DNA of 64,000 nt from Squalus acanthias (GCA_030390025.1 CM059426.1:20522001-20586000), one strand, 5' to 3'. Numbered from the stretch's first letter, positions 47,352 to 62,709 are shown. Numbers and translations: made by a program. The notes: generated by a model not told the origin, from the sequence alone.

Positions 47352-47975
47352 AGCCCCGATTTTAATCTAACCCAATGGCAGGAATGGGGTGGGTTCGGGT
47401 CGGACAACCGTTTTACACCCCCACACAATTTTACGCTCCACTCCCATGCAGAGTAAAACCTGTATGAACAGGCTGGGGCTCTTTTCTCTGAAAACAGAAG
47501 GCTAAGGGGTGACCTAATAGAGGTCTTTAAAATTATGAAAGGTTTTGATAGAATAGATACAGAGAGAATGTTTCCACTTGTGGGGAAGAGCAAAACTAGA
47601 GGCCATCAATATAAGATAGTCAAAAATAAATCAAATAGGGAATTCAGAGGAAACTTCTTTACCCAGAGAGTGGTGAGAATGTGAAACCCGCTACCACAGG
47701 GAGTGGTTGAAGCGAACAGTATAGGTGCATTTAAGGGGAAGCTAGATAAGCATATGAGGGAGAAGGGAATAGAGGGTTATACTGATCGAGTTAGATGAAG
47801 AAAGACGGGAGGAGACTCGAGTGGAGCATAAACGCCAGCATGGACTGGTTGGGCTGAATGGCCTGTTTCTGTGCTGTACATCCTATGTAATCCTATGTAA
47901 AATCGGACAGTGTGTGAAACGGGCGTCCGACCTGAAACCGAATCCCATCGAGTAGGTTAGGTTAAAATTGAAGCT
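47352..47975. mobile_element. Short palindromic MITE split by CR1 47459-47899
   Basis: agccccgattttaatctaacc / ggttaggttaaaattgaagct; the arms stay complementary inward (gggtcggacaaccgttttacac / gtgtgaaacgggcgtccgacct). Confidence 0.78.
47459..47899 (+). mobile_element. CR1 LINE 3' fragment
   Basis: Same subfamily as 1418-1737 and 9618-10190. Confidence 0.92.
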
Positions 47976-47984
47976 TATATTTCA

Positions 47985-48660
47985 GAATTTTATTGAGTAT
48001 GGATGTGTTCTGGAGGATTGGAGACTAGCCAGTTTAGTGCCAATTTTTAAAAAGGGAGACGGAGCTAATCTGGGTAATTGCATGCCAGTTAGTTTAACAT
48101 CTGTGGTGGAGAAAATGTTAAGAGTCTCTAATCAAGGATGAAATTACCATATATCGAGATAAAAACAAAGTAGCCAGCAAAGATTTTAAAAGGGGTGAAA
48201 GCCTTTGGAAAGATACTAAATAAGTGATTACTAGAGAATTTAAGGTATATGGAATTAGGGGGGTGGATAGCAAATTGGATGAAAAATTGGTTGGTTGGTG
48301 GAGGGGGGGGGCGAAGAGAGTAGGAGATAAGAGCAGTTTTTCAGTGTGGTTGGAAGTGGATAGTGGTGTCCGACAGTGTTCAGTTCTGGGGCCATTTCTG
48401 TCTATTGTGTATATCAATGATTTGGAAATAGGCTTAGAGGGAGTGGTGTCAAAACCTGCAGATGATATCAATTTAGGAGGAATACGTAGTTCTTCAGAAT
48501 ATAAAAGCCAAGAGGTAATGATAAGCCTATATAAAACCTTAATAAGACCTCAGTAATAGTACTCTGTGCAGTATTGGGATCCAAACTATAGGCGGGATAT
48601 TGAGGCTAAGACAGGTCCAACGTGGATTCACGAGGATACTGCCTGGTATAAGGAATTTTT
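47985..48660 (+). mobile_element. Old CR1 derivative with two internal deletions
   Basis: EDWRLA..PIFKKG, SVLGP, ADD and YKSQEVMISLYKTLIRPQ; the segments QHGF-to-KAF and LGG-to-EYK are missing. Confidence 0.8.
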
Positions 48661-48689
48661 TGCTGAATTTTGTGTTGGAGAATGGACCA

Positions 48690-48890
48690 CTTTCAGTAGA
48701 GTTCTCTCTGTGTCAGACTGACAATTTAGTGCCAATTTGTGCAAACTTGGGGCAGTCTTGTCCTCTGGGTATCCTGCTAAGAAATGGATTGCGACTGTTC
48801 AATCTCATTTCACATAGACTCTTACACCAGAGGAGACTTTCATCCCATTAGTCTAGGTCTCAGAGCTAAAAGGCCACTACCTGACCCACA
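48690..48890 (-). mobile_element. LF-SINE-like relic
   Basis: Minus strand reads ctatgtgaaatgag..cagtcgcaatccatttcttag..aattggcactaaattg.cagtct..cagagag, matching my recollection of the LF-SINE core. Confidence 0.5.
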
Positions 48891-49147
48891 GAATTGTAGA
48901 TATTTCTTTAATTTTCTATAAATGTATGTTACTATATGAAGTCTTTCAAGCAAACAGGAACTATAAAGAGATCTGCTGCTGGCTCCTGGGAATCAGAAAT
49001 GATTCATTGCTTGGTGAGCATCCTGATACACATTCTTGTCTTGATAAATTCACTTTGTATACAAAACTGATGTGTCTATTGGTGGCACAACTGATGAATT
49101 CATCTTAAAATGCAAATAGAAAATGTGCTAAAAGGTACAAATATGTT

Positions 49148-49862
49148 GGCCCTGAATTTGCGGTCGGAGGCTCCAATGCCTCCGATCCGCAAATATAATG
49201 CCCGAGTGCCTGGGTGTCCGGGAGGTACGGAGATTTGCGGTCCTGGGCCTCTCCGGGTACCCGTGCGTAGAGGCTCACGTATCCCGGGGCGCAGGTGGAT
49301 CGCAAGCGCCCCTGGGATCACGTGGGCCAGCCCAACGAATGAAAGAAGGGAATCCCCATTCATGCTTATGGGGATTCTGTATGTATGGAATCCCCATAAG
49401 TATGAATGGGAATAACCCCAAAAATACATGTACACATCAAATAAATTTTTTTAAATTACATATTTAAAATGCCATTTAATTAAATATTTAAAACAAAAAT
49501 TTAAATGTTTGAAAAATAAATTAAAATGTTTTAAAGTGGCTAAAAATAACCGTACCTTATTGTACAGGTGTTTTAATGTTTAAATGATTGAAAAAAATAT
49601 ATTTTTATGTTCATTTAAACTCTTAACAGGCGTAAGAATTTCACGGGCATTCGCTCGGCAGAAGTTAGGCAAATAGCCCAACTCTCTGCCCGCGGGTGCC
49701 CTTTTCCCGGGGATGCGTTGGATCTGTCAAGAGGATTCTTGACAGATCGCAAGTTCCGGGTTTTTACGCATGCGCTTCGAATGCAAAAACCTGGAACTTG
49801 CGCAGCCATTACGGGGGCGTATGCACCTCGTACGCGCCTGTAGGAGCTGCAAATTACGGGAC
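49148..49862. mobile_element. Harbinger-type MITE, family A
   Basis: TIRs GGCCCTGAATTTGC / GCAAATTACGGGAC, flanks GTT/ATT; colinear with 7933-8682. Confidence 0.82.
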
Positions 49863-50128
49863 ATTCTTTCTTAACCTCAAGCCAATAGATCAACTTCAAT
49901 CAAGTGGCTTCAGGAATAATTTCACCAACACTTTGTGCTGCTATTTCACCTTGTACAGTCAAGCATGTTGTACTGTTATAGGATTGAAGTAAACATGCAA
50001 ATACAGTATGCAACAACAAAAAAAGGAAGCTTTCATGAGACGCCAGCTAGAATATGACTAATGGAATATAACTTGGAGTGATTCCTTGAAGATGCAATGG
50101 GTAAAGGCACCATCAAGCATAGCACTAC

Positions 50129-50668
50129 AGACCTGATTGTAACTCAGGGCGAGCATGGTGGTGTCAACCACACTATGCCCGACTCCCACTCGAACCCGCC
50201 GTCAATTATCTGAGGGTAGTGGACAGCTAGGTACCCGCGCGAATGGTCTCCGGTGGTCAGGTAAATGGATCGTAAGGGGGCAAGAGGTGGTGGTGTCAGT
50301 AACAAAGATCACGGTTGTCGGCGGGAGGGGGAGTCTGGGGCAGGGGACGGGTACTCAGTTAATTAACTGACCTCTTGACCCGCTTCTGGGGCTATTTCCC
50401 CGTGGCACCGGGTTTCCTTGGCGACACCGGCACCAGGCACTGACCTGGCGACATGAAATTAAATTATTGTTCAGGTCTGATTGACATCGTCAGACCCCGA
50501 CTTTTGAATCTCAATGAGGACCACACCAGCCTGGCACTGCTCCAAATACGCCTGTTAGTTTGGCGCCATGTGCGTGTGCAGCATGAATTCAGTAAGTGCC
50601 ACGCTGCCGATATTCTAAATGCCCAACGCTTTGTACTCATTCGGGATCGGGGGATTAAAATCGGGGCT
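50129..50668. mobile_element. MITE with AGCCCCGATTTTAA-type TIRs
   Basis: agacctgattgtaac / ttaaaatcggggct; same TIR type as 47352; GC-rich interior. Confidence 0.65.
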
Positions 50669-50671
50669 TAA

Positions 50672-50820
50672 CAACAAGAACTTATATTTATATAGCGCCT
50701 TTAACATAATAAAACGTCCCAAGGCGTTTCACAAGAGCGTTATCCAAATAAAATGGACACCGAGCCATATAAGGAGATGTTAGGGCAGATGACCAAAAGC
50801 TTGATTGAAGAGGTAGGTTA
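50672..50820 (-). mobile_element. L2-type tail fragment
   Basis: atttatatagcgcctttaacataataaaacgtcccaaggcg. Confidence 0.7.
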
Positions 50821-50859
50821 ATCCTGTTCCGTGGGTGTACATGGTGGACTTGGTTTCAG

Positions 50860-51500
50860 TGTACATGGGTAGAGATGGAGAAAGGAGTACAGCACAGATT
50901 CACCAGAATGATACCAGGGCTTAAAGAGTTAAATTATGAGGATAAGTTGCATAAACTTGTCTTGTATTCCATTTCTGGTCATTATCACATTGCTGTTTGT
51001 GGGAGCTTGCTGTACACAAATTGGCTGCCGTTTCCTACATTACAAATGTGACTACACTTGAAAAGCACTTCATTGGCTGTAAAGCTCTTTGGGACATCCG
51101 GTGGTTGTGAAAGGTGCGATAAAAATACAAGTCTTTCTTTCTTTCCTGTTTAGAAGGTTGAGGGGTGATCAAAATTAGGTCATTAAAATGATTATGGTAT
51201 TCAATAGGGTAGATACAGAGAAACTATTTCCTCTTGTGGGGGAATGCAGAACAAAAGGGCATAATCTTAAAATTAGAGTTAGACCATTCAGGAGTGAAAT
51301 CAGAAAGCATTTTGCACACAAAGGGTAGTGGAAATCACTCCCACAAAAAGCTGAGGATGCTGTGACAATTGAAAATGTCAAGACTGAGATCAATAGATTT
51401 TTGTTAGGTAAGGTTATCAAGGGATATGGAACAAAGGCAGGGTATGTAGTTGGGGTACAATCAGCCATGATCTGAATGAATGGTGGAACAGGCTTGAAGT
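50860..51500 (+). mobile_element. CR1 3' fragment with a nested Deu-SINE tail (50972-51145)
   Basis: RFTRMIPGLK..LYS|FRRLRGD is interrupted by ctggtcattatcacattgctgtttgtgggagcttgctgt..aagtctttctttc. Confidence 0.8.
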
Positions 51501-53460
51501 AGTGGACAGGGGACTGTCTATGGATGTTATTTATATGGACTTCAAGAAGGCATTTGTTAAAGTTTTTTTTTATATTTGTTTATGGGATGTGGACATCGCT
51601 GGCAATGCCAGCATTTATTGCCCATCCCTAGTTGCCCTTGAGAAGGTGGTAGTGAGCGCCTTCCTGAACCAGTGCAGTCCGTGTGGTGAAGGTACTCCCA
51701 CAGTGCTGTTAGGTAGGGAGTTCCAGGATTTTGACCCAGCGACGATGAAGGATCGGCGATATACTTCTAAGTCAGGATGGTGTGTGACTTGGAGGGGGTG
51801 GTGTTCCCATGCGACTGCTACCCTTGTATTTCTAGGTCACGGGTTTGGGAGGTGCTGCTGAAGAAGCCTTGGCGAGTTGCTGCAGTGCATCTTGTAGATG
51901 GTACACATTGCAGCCACGGTACGCCAGTGGTGGAGAGAGTGAATGTTTAGGTGGTAGATGGGGTGCCAATCAAGCGGGCTGCTTTGTCCTGGATGGTGCC
52001 GAGCTTCTTGAGTGTTGTTGGAGCTGCACTCATCCAGGCAAGTGGAGAGTATTCCATCACACTCCTTACTTGTGCCTTGAAGATGGTAGAAAGACTTTGG
52101 GGAGTCAGGAGGTGAGACACTCGCCGCAGAATATCTAGCCTCTGACCTGCTCTTGTTGCCACAGTATTTATGTGGCTGGTCCAGTTAAGTTTCTGGTCAA
52201 TGGTGACCCCCAGGATGTTGATGGTGGGGGATTCGGTGATGGTAATGCCATTGAATGTCAAGGGGCGGTGGTTAGACTCTCACTTGTTGGAGATAGTTAT
52301 TGCCTGGCACTTCTGTGGCACATAAGAGACTGTTATCTAAGGTAGAAGCCTATGGAATTGAGATGAAATTATTGACCTGGTTAGAAATTGGCTGAGCGGC
52401 AGGAGACAGAGAGTAGGGATAATGGGTAGGTACTCAAATTGGCAGGATGTGACTAGTGGTGTCCCGCAGGGATCTGTGTTGGGGCCTCAACTATTCACAA
52501 TATTTATTAACGACTTAGATGCTGGCATAGAAAGTCATATATCCAAAATTTTCTGATGACACAAAGATAGGTGGCATTGTAGGCAGTGCAGATGAAAGCA
52601 TAAAATTACAAAGGAATATTGATAGATTAAGTGAATGGGCAAAACTGTGGCTAATGGATTTCAATGTAAGCAAATGTGAGGTCATCCACTTTGGACCTAA
52701 AAGGATAGAACAAGGTACTTTCTAAATGGTGAAAAGCTAAAAACAGTGGCTGTCCAAAGAGACTTGGGTGTCCAGGTACAGACATCATTAAAATGTCATG
52801 AACAGGTACAAAATATAAGCAAAAAGGCTAATGGAATTCTGGCCCTTATATCTAGAGAACTAGAATACAAGGGGATAGAAGTTATGCTGCAGCTATACAA
52901 AGCCCTGGTTAGACCACACCTGGAGTACTGTGAGCAGTTCTGGGCACCACACCTTAGGAAGGATATATTGGCCTTGGAGGGAGTGCTGAGTACGTTTACC
53001 AGAATGATACCTGGACTTCAAGGGTTAAGTTATGAGGAGAGATTACACAAATTAGGGTTGCATTCCCTAGAATTTAGAAGGTTAAGGGGTGATCTGATCA
53101 AAGTTTTCAAGATATTAAGGGGAACAAATAGGGTGGATAGAGAGAAACTATTTCCACTGGTTGGGGATTCTAGGACTCGGGGGCATAGTCTAAAAATTAG
53201 AGCCAGACCTTTCAGGAGTGAAATTAGGAAACACTTCTACACACAAAGGATGGCAGATGTTTGGAACTCTCTTCCGCAAACAGCAATTGATGCTAGATCA
53301 ATTGTTAATTTTAAATATGTGACTGATAACATTTTTTTAACCAAAGGGATATGGGCCAAAGGCAGGTATATGGAGTCAGGTCGCAGATCAGCCATGATCT
53401 CATTGAATGGCGGAACAGGCTCGAGGGGCTGAATGGCCTACTCCTGTTCCTATGTTCCTA
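51500..53460 (+). mobile_element. CR1 LINE with an antisense LINE inserted at 51563-52320
   Basis: MDFKKAFVKV|HKRLL is continuous across the insert; ORF 52746-53432; tail cctatgttccta. Confidence 0.92.
51563..52320 (-). mobile_element. Second LINE family, 3' fragment
   Basis: ORF 51947-52261 ILGVTIDQKLNWTSHINTVATRAGQRL..KAQVRSVMEYS. Confidence 0.9.
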
Positions 53461-54262
53461 AAAAAAGAACAAAATCGGAGCGTTCTTGCTCCTGATCACT
53501 ATCCAGTGACTCCTTGTGAATTGTAGATATGGGGTGAATACATGACTGGTCTATGATACCTTCCCCAGTGGAGTATCAAGATGATGTTGTCTAGCCTCGC
53601 AGAATGGTCACTGCCTCTAACTCAGTACTGTCAGTGGTGGGGAAAAGGAGAAAGAAATTGATAATAAAGGATGCAACTCATATTAATCTATTGCAGCAGT
53701 GCAGGGAAGCTAACACTTGATTTGTGGTCAAATATATCCCATCAGTAAACAAAACTTCACTTGCACCCTTCTTAATTTCTGTTTTTCAATTCCTATGTTG
53801 TGTTCTAAAATTTTTATACCGTCACGGATTAGAAAACCAAGAGAGCCTATTAGTGGAAAATGTTGTAGCATTGTCAAGATATGAACAGAAACAAAAGTTA
53901 ATTTAAGAAAATCTCAGACAAAATAAATCAGTGAAGATCATCTCAATTTAAATTGCCTAGAGATTATTGCAAGACTGTTATACTAAAGTGTTAATGTTTC
54001 AATTTGTTATCGGGGATCACAACGTGACACCATTGAGTAGTAGCATGTAGGAATCAACTTCACATTGCTGGCCTCCTGCTCTCTCGCTGCCTTGCTGCGG
54101 AAAGTCATGGAGCTGAGTTCAGGTATTGTACTTTCATGCTGGAAGAGGTCATCCCTTGAGCCCCCTAGTGACTGGTTCATAGCAACATTGTTGTCCTAAT
54201 AGGTTTCCTCCTTGGCCATAGTTGGTGCGTGAACTGGGGAGAACCCAGGGAAATAAAGACAT

Positions 54263-54454
54263 GGGTGCCAATTTTCCTACCCGTTTTCGGATGTAACTGG
54301 GGCAGTAGTGGACCAAAAATCACAGCGCTGCATTTAGTGCCCTGTGCTCGCCAACGCCCGGGCTGCTGTCATTTTGGAGCGGATGACAAAACAGGCGAGA
54401 AATACTCGCACTCAAAACAGGCAGGAGTCTACTTAAGTAGGAAATTCGGGGTCC
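54263..54454. mobile_element. Possible small MITE
   Basis: gggtgccaattttcctac / gtaggaaattcggggtcc imperfect TIRs. Confidence 0.4.
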
Positions 54455-55017
54455 TCCTATACCATCTGTAGGATGTTTGTGAGGGCAGGAAAAAAAAAAT
54501 TTCACCCACTGCCAGTCCCTCTGTTCCCTACTTCCACCCACCCACCTTAAATTCTGTTTCTGGCTCAGCTACACAGAGGAGCCACAGATTACCCCCAATC
54601 CCCCCCCCATCGGCGAGCTGCCCATCAGTGCTCGTACAGCACCAGCACAGATAAGGCCCGATCATGAAAATTGCTCGGGCCTCACATGGATTTCATTGGA
54701 TGGGCAGAATGTTCAGAATTCCCAATTCCCACCTGATCGAATCAGACACACAAAAATGTAACCCCAAGTTTCAGCTGAAATTAAAAAAGGTAAGTTTGAG
54801 CTTGATTTTGTCTGAGGTTGAGCTATCAAGAAGAAAAAAAAACTCGACAGCCATCACCTGGAAAAAGGACAAAAATATTTCTCAAGCGCCTAGATTATTG
54901 TTTTTAGACAAACTGTTGCTGGGCAAAATAATATTTTGGAGTCAATGTTATCTTGTTTGGAGTTTTGTATTCGATGGTCTTTATTCTGGATGGATCGATG
55001 GATGGAAGAAAGGAATT

Positions 55018-55436
55018 AAGGACTTGCATTTATATAGCGCCTTTCACAACCTCAGGACGTCTTAAAGCACTTTACAGCCAATGAGGTACTTTTGAAGTGT
55101 GATCGCTTTTGTAATATAGGGAGACACAGTAGCCAATTTGCACACAGCAAGATCCCACAAACAGCAATGTGATAATGACCAGATAATCTGTTTTAGTGAT
55201 GTTGGTTGAGGGATAAATAACAGCCAGAACACCCTTGATCTTGTTTAAATATTGCCATGAGATCTTTTATATCTACCTGGTGGGCAGACTCAGTTTAACG
55301 TCTCATGTGAAATACTGCAACACTCCCTCAGTACTGCACCAAAGTGTCAGCCTAGATTTTGTGCTCAATTCTCTGCAGTGGGGCTTGAACCCACAATCAT
55401 CAGACTCAGAGGCATGAGTGCTAACAACTGAGCCAT
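55018..55436 (-). mobile_element. Deu-domain SINE
   Basis: Colinear with 8772-9220; tRNA-like head at 55375-55436. Confidence 0.82.
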
Positions 55437-56199
55437 GACATCTAAAGATTAGAAGAATGTATCTTGTTTGTGTGCATGTTCCTGCATGAAAGAGAGAAGA
55501 AACAGACATCATAACATTGCAGCTTGGCATATTTGGAGAGCGAAAACAGCAACGTGAAATAAAACATTTCATAAAACTTAAGATTTGTTTAAAAATGTGG
55601 CCAAGGCTCCTGCTCGCCATTGGTAACCTTTAATGTGAATTGAGTGTATGTGAACCCCACGGTCGAATGGCCTGCCGATACTAGTATCCAGGCTCATGGC
55701 CACTTGCGTGAGGTAGAAGACAGCTGCTGGGCACCCGTGGAAGAGAACACATTAACCACTTCAGGACAGACAAAGAGAAAACTGACAATACAAATACCCT
55801 GAACAAACATGACCATTTTAATTGTTATTCTTTTGTATTGCGAGCTTTTATTATTTTGAATTATTTTGAGTATTCTGCACTCATCCCACCCCGCCCATTA
55901 GTTAAATTTGAATTGTTTATTTTGTGTTGAGGACTTGCACAGCAATAGTTGTCCATAATTGAGGTGACATTATAAACTAAGTGAGTCAAGTCATCTACTG
56001 TGTTTATTCATTCCAACCCCATTAGAAAGCCTTCTGACGTACACTGACAGGCTTGGTTTATTGTCCCTTCATTAGCAGAGAATCCGCATAGAGCAACTTC
56101 CCTTTAAAGCACTCATTAAAATAGACTTTTTTTTTGAATGGCTCCGGAAAATATAATTTTATGGTCAGGGATGGGAATTTATTGGATGTTTTTCCATAT

Positions 56200-57423
56200 G
56201 GGCTGTTAGTGCCGGCCTATCTACTTCCAGCAAGATTTGACAATTTCCACCGCTGTCGCCACAGTGCTTCTTCTCCTCCTCGGTTCACGTTCAATGCAGA
56301 GTGAGCCCGCGGAATGTGCCAGGGAGGGATGGTGAGGCAAAGGGCAGACTGTTCGCAGGATAGCCACTACCTTGCGTGAAGGGGTTAATCCGGGCTGAAA
56401 CTGAGCCTGAACCGGGGGAAAAAGTCAACCAGCAACTAGTAACCGGCGTATATCATTGATAGTGCAAGATACATCTGTACTGCACTTTGCAGAAGATTCC
56501 TTACTTCTGCAGAATGTTACATTCATGAAGTCTGAACCATGAATATCCCACTTCAACCGGAGGTTGTTTTTTTTCTGCAACGGCCACTTCTTGCTACGCC
56601 GAATTCTCTCCACCACTCCAAGTGCTACTGGCAGTAGAGTTAAATTCCTTCATCTGTGCGAAAGATACAATGCTTTCTATATGATCGTGGGGGTAAAAAA
56701 AAAACGCTGCTTCATTAAAGCCCGGCTTTATGCCCACCCCTTTCAATCTGCCCATGTTTGACATACCACTGGGAAGTCTGAACGATCATGAGTGGCTTAC
56801 GACATTCTGTCAACACTCAGCACGTCTGCTTGCTCTCGCAGTGCAGTGCTCTGTTAAAGGGAGGCGAGCCTTGCTCCGCGATCCATCTTGCTCTGAGCAT
56901 CACCTAAACCAGCAAAGTGTACCGGCGGCGGAGGCGGCTGCTGCTGCTGCTGTTGTTGTCGCTGCTCAGCAGGTCTGTCTCCATTGATTAAAGGTCACAC
57001 TGGTCATCTCAAATCATGGGACGGTAATTCCGACTGACGGATCTGAACGATTCATTAACAGAGCGAGAGAGAGAAAGAAAGAGTTTGGGAAGGTTTCTGG
57101 GCAACGCGGCACTTGCTGCAAGAAGAGGAGAGGAGAAGGTAAAAAGGCAGCGCTCCGACCACAAAAAAAAGCCAAGAAACTTAAACAGTCTGCACAAGTC
57201 AACTGAGCAGCGACTTGGGGAGCCCTGGTCTGCCCGGATTCTTTCCCTAGGAGGCACAGACCGAGGCATTGTGAGCCAGCTAGTTTGTGGAAAAAGAGAG
57301 AAGAAAAAAAGGACTGGATTCGGCCACACTGGTTTTTTTTAAAAAACACAGCCTACAACATAACTAGTGTGGACACAAAAACGGGGGGCTGAATGGAGCC
57401 TGTCACTGTGCGGAAAAGGATGG
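56200..57423 (+). promoter_or_regulatory. Probable LRRTM1 promoter / 5' UTR exon region
   Basis: TE-free, relatively CpG-rich stretch directly upstream of the CDS. Contains a CGG/CTG triplet run and ends at a strong donor-like site AAGGATGG|GTAAG (GT at 57424). The TSS cannot be located from sequence alone. Confidence 0.55.
56923..56966 (+). repeat. Imperfect CGG/CTG/TTG trinucleotide tract
   Basis: cggcggcggaggcggctgctgctgctgctgttgttgtcgctgct. Confidence 0.85.
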
Positions 57424-57745
57424 GTAAGATTATTTTCGTTTGAATCCTTTCATTAAGCAATCTCGTGTCTCCTTACAGCCTCTACAATGAAAAAGATCAA
57501 TTGATACTTAGATTTTCTTTTTTTTTCTCCCTTTTTCTTTCAAACTCCCTCGTCCTCCACCCTGGATGTCACTGAGGCAGGAGATCCTCCTGCCCGAGTC
57601 AGAAAAAAACACACCCAGGACATTCAGTTCACAAAAAAAAATAAAGAATGATGTAAAAAGTTTGGCGATTCGGAAGACTTATCAATAAATTAAAAAGAGA
57701 AAGAAAACAAAAAAAAAAACGCTCGACGAGAGATTCGAGGTCTAA

Positions 57746-59332
<1,587 letters not shown>

Positions 59333-59454
59333 TTTTCTTTCCCCTCCTGGAAATACAACACAGTACTGGTGGACATACTGCAGCCAGAGACGGGCACACA
59401 TAAAAGGACCACTTTACAATACTGAGTATGAATGAATTACACTGTACTGATTCC

Positions 59455-59878
59455 AATAAACCCTGCACCGGGGTCTTTCAAAAATCAAAACAATATTTAA
59501 GCTTCACTGCGTCTTTAAAAACCTTTCAAACCATCTTCTGTTCGACTGTCATTTGAAATTTGTAAAAGGAAAAAAATGTATATGTAACTCTTCTCACCAG
59601 TTTCTTATGCTATTAAATCCACCTGTAAGATCTGGGAATAAGAGGGAGTTCAAGGCTCGTCAATGATGTAAGTTAATCAATTTTGTAAACTACCCTGATT
59701 TAAATAAATATTTTAAAAAATGTTATTTACAGCATCAGAGTCGAGAGTAACAGCATACCGACATATGTAGCAACGGGTGAGAAAAATGATCTTCAATCTT
59801 TCGGTGTGCGATTTATTTTTCCCCTCAGGATTCTCAATTTATTGCAGTGATCAACTCTCCCTGAGTATGTAAAATAAA
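59455..59878 (+). terminator. Candidate LRRTM1 polyadenylation signals
   Basis: AATAAA at 59455, 59703 and 59873 downstream of the stop codon; which one is used is unknown. Confidence 0.4.
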
Positions 59879-62709
59879 ACCCTGCATTTCCTGCAGGGCG
59901 AGCGCAGTACGCCAAAGCCTAGATCACTCTTATTGTCCGTATCTGCGATGGGTTAATGGTTAAATCCAAACCCAGATGTGCAGCCGTAGGATCAAGCACA
60001 CGCTCATCATCTTTCTCTAGGTGTGTGCCACCTGAAACACTGCAGCTTACAGCCAAAGCAGAGCAGAGAGCAGTGTCTTACTGCAGTGTGTAGGTCATTT
60101 CTATTAATAATGCTGTACCACAGAATTCAAACATCCACATTTCTCCAGAAAGACAGAAGGACAATAATAAATAAGTTGTTTAACAGAAGTATCTGACAGG
60201 GTAAAATTTAGATCTTTATTTTGTTGAGAGGGGGAGTTATTTTTAATTCATAAATCAGGGGGATTTGTTGATATTAGCTGATAGAAGTATATCAATTATG
60301 CATAAGACGCATATCAATGCTTTATTTAAAACAGATAAGATGTTGGTATATCATTTTTTAGCTATATATTTTAAAACTTTTTATTTTTTCTAATTTTATT
60401 TATACACAATTGAAAAATAGTCATATTTCAAACTCCACCACCCCAAAAAAGGTCTAGTAACAAAATCCTTACTGATTTTTCCTCTTTAATTTATCCCTTA
60501 AGTACAGGAATTTCACATAACTTCATGAACATGAGATAATTTCAGCCCATTTGGAATGGAAAGGGTTAAATCTATCTGTGCATGCTGTGTTCATTCTCTG
60601 TCTTTTTCCTCACTTTGTGTTCTTCCATTTCCTTTCTCCATCTTATAATCCCCTTTTTACTTTATTTCTTTCTTCTTAATAATTCCGTGCCTTTTCTATT
60701 GAAATCCTCTGGTTTCTCGTCGGCAAACTGGAGCCTTTTTTGGCTCCTGCTTAAATTTTCACTAGCTTCAAAATGCCAAACAGTTCTAATTCCTGGAGCC
60801 AATCTCCTTTTCCATTCGGAGCTGAAGGCACTCAGAAGGCTAGTAGTAATCTCTTCGACACCTCTCTACATTGAGATGTCAATTATATTCTCAGCTCCTG
60901 TTGCTGCAGTGAAATCGCAGGCAACCAGCAGCAACATAACAAGCCAGGGAACCAAACAGCAAAAGGAATTTACTCCAAAATGGCTGCAACTTAATTATGG
61001 AGCCAAAGTTGGTGCCTGCTTAGTTCCAGTCTTTATAACATTCTGCACTAGCACATTGGTTTCTCTGTTGTGATTTTCCAGCATGTCATTATTGTTTCAT
61101 TTCACTCCCAATGATGACTTTTTTTTCTAAGCTTTACCTTGCATCTCCTTCCCCTTCAGCTCCTTATTTATTAGTCCAACTGAATATTTTGATGAACTCC
61201 CCATTAACTGCTTTCTTGTCTGCTTGGTCTTTCTTTCTTCCCTCCAGTATTCCTATTTTCTAATACTCTCATTGTTGCTTCTGTTTCTTGGCCAGCATCC
61301 CTTGTCCTCTTAGCACTTAGGCATGCCAATTCTGCTACACTGTATGAACTGCAGAGCTGCCAGTTTTAAGAATTACTTATAGATGGCCTTCGTAACTGAC
61401 ACTGTTTAAGTAGACCTGCAGGATAAAGCATTGGTGAAAGTATAAATATGTGATGACAACAGCGCAGTTGATTTTTAAAAAATCTTTTACAAAATTCAGC
61501 TGAAATTCCATGCTTCACAGACCAGTCTAAATGAAGTCATTATGAAAGCTATCTATAAAAAAATCTCAATACCGGCATCTACTGGCGATTGCTTTCCTTG
61601 CTGGCATTCAAATGTTCATTGGTAATTTACTTCCTCTTTCTGTTCTCTTTGCCAGCGTTTATAGCATCTGAATTTCACTATCCGTTAATCACATGCGATG
61701 AATTGTACCACAATGCTGACAAAGAAGGCCGAAAAAAGATTTAAATTACACAAATGAGCCAGCCTGAAGATTGAATCTGGGTTTACTAAGTTTGAAAATA
61801 CTTTACCGAAGAGCTTTGCACAGATGAGGCTCGTAAAAAAAAAAAAAATCACATTTAATTTCAGAAAAGTCAGACCCCTGCCCGCACACAATCTATCCGT
61901 CTTGGTGCTACAGTAGAGAGAGAGAAAATAATCACAGCAGCACAGGGCATCGGCAGAGCAGCTGCAATGGCAAGGGTGATGGACAAGCATTTTAGAAAAG
62001 AAACTTCACTTTGCGTAGCAACAGAAAAGGTATAAGCAGTAGATTTGTAGCCTCCTGCTAAGCTAATTTATTAATATGTTGCAAACATTTATTTTCTTCT
62101 GCCGACACAAGATAGGATTTGGTAAAACAATTTGCTTTGCGAGGGAGAAGGAATGAGCTTCAGCAAGGACACTATTTTTTCATCCTCTAGTGCTCGCCTT
62201 GAGAAAATTGCTGAACTCTCCAAGGGCAGCCACAAGCATTACTATCACTTGTTACTGCAGGTCCTGAGAGCAGTGGTGGCAGATTAGTGTTAAAAAGCAT
62301 GGATCAGTGTCAGAGATGCAAAAATATAGCTATCAGATTACCACTGGAAGACTTAACATCCATTGCCTTTTAGTATCAATAACCATTGTTGTTCCTGTTG
62401 AATTATTTTCATTTTCAAGCACTAACAATTCAAAGTCATAAAAATAGTAGCTTGTACCTGTCTATTACTTTGCCTGCATGTTGGAGCCTGGTTCCTTGTT
62501 TTTTTTTACTTGGAATCGAACATTCAACAATGACTCAAACCTGCAGAATGTTACAACAGTGTTTACTGCTGAACTCTTTAACCCAACACTATCAAACAAA
62601 AAGGCCTGCACTGGTGATGGAAACTACGAGCTATATATTTTGCCAATTTTTCAAACTCAACCCTTCAGATCAGGAAAAAAAATGTCTTGAAAAACAGCAA
62701 AGAATTTCC

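Noticed and set aside
46718-47593. 291-aa ORF as a real gene
   Set aside because: Chance in-frame chain of antisense CR1, MITE, Myb-like fragment, CR1 RT and MITE sequence.
60582-61073. 163-aa hydrophobic ORF downstream of LRRTM1
   Set aside because: Derived from T/C-rich low-complexity sequence; no similarity that I can recognise to CTNNA2 or other proteins.
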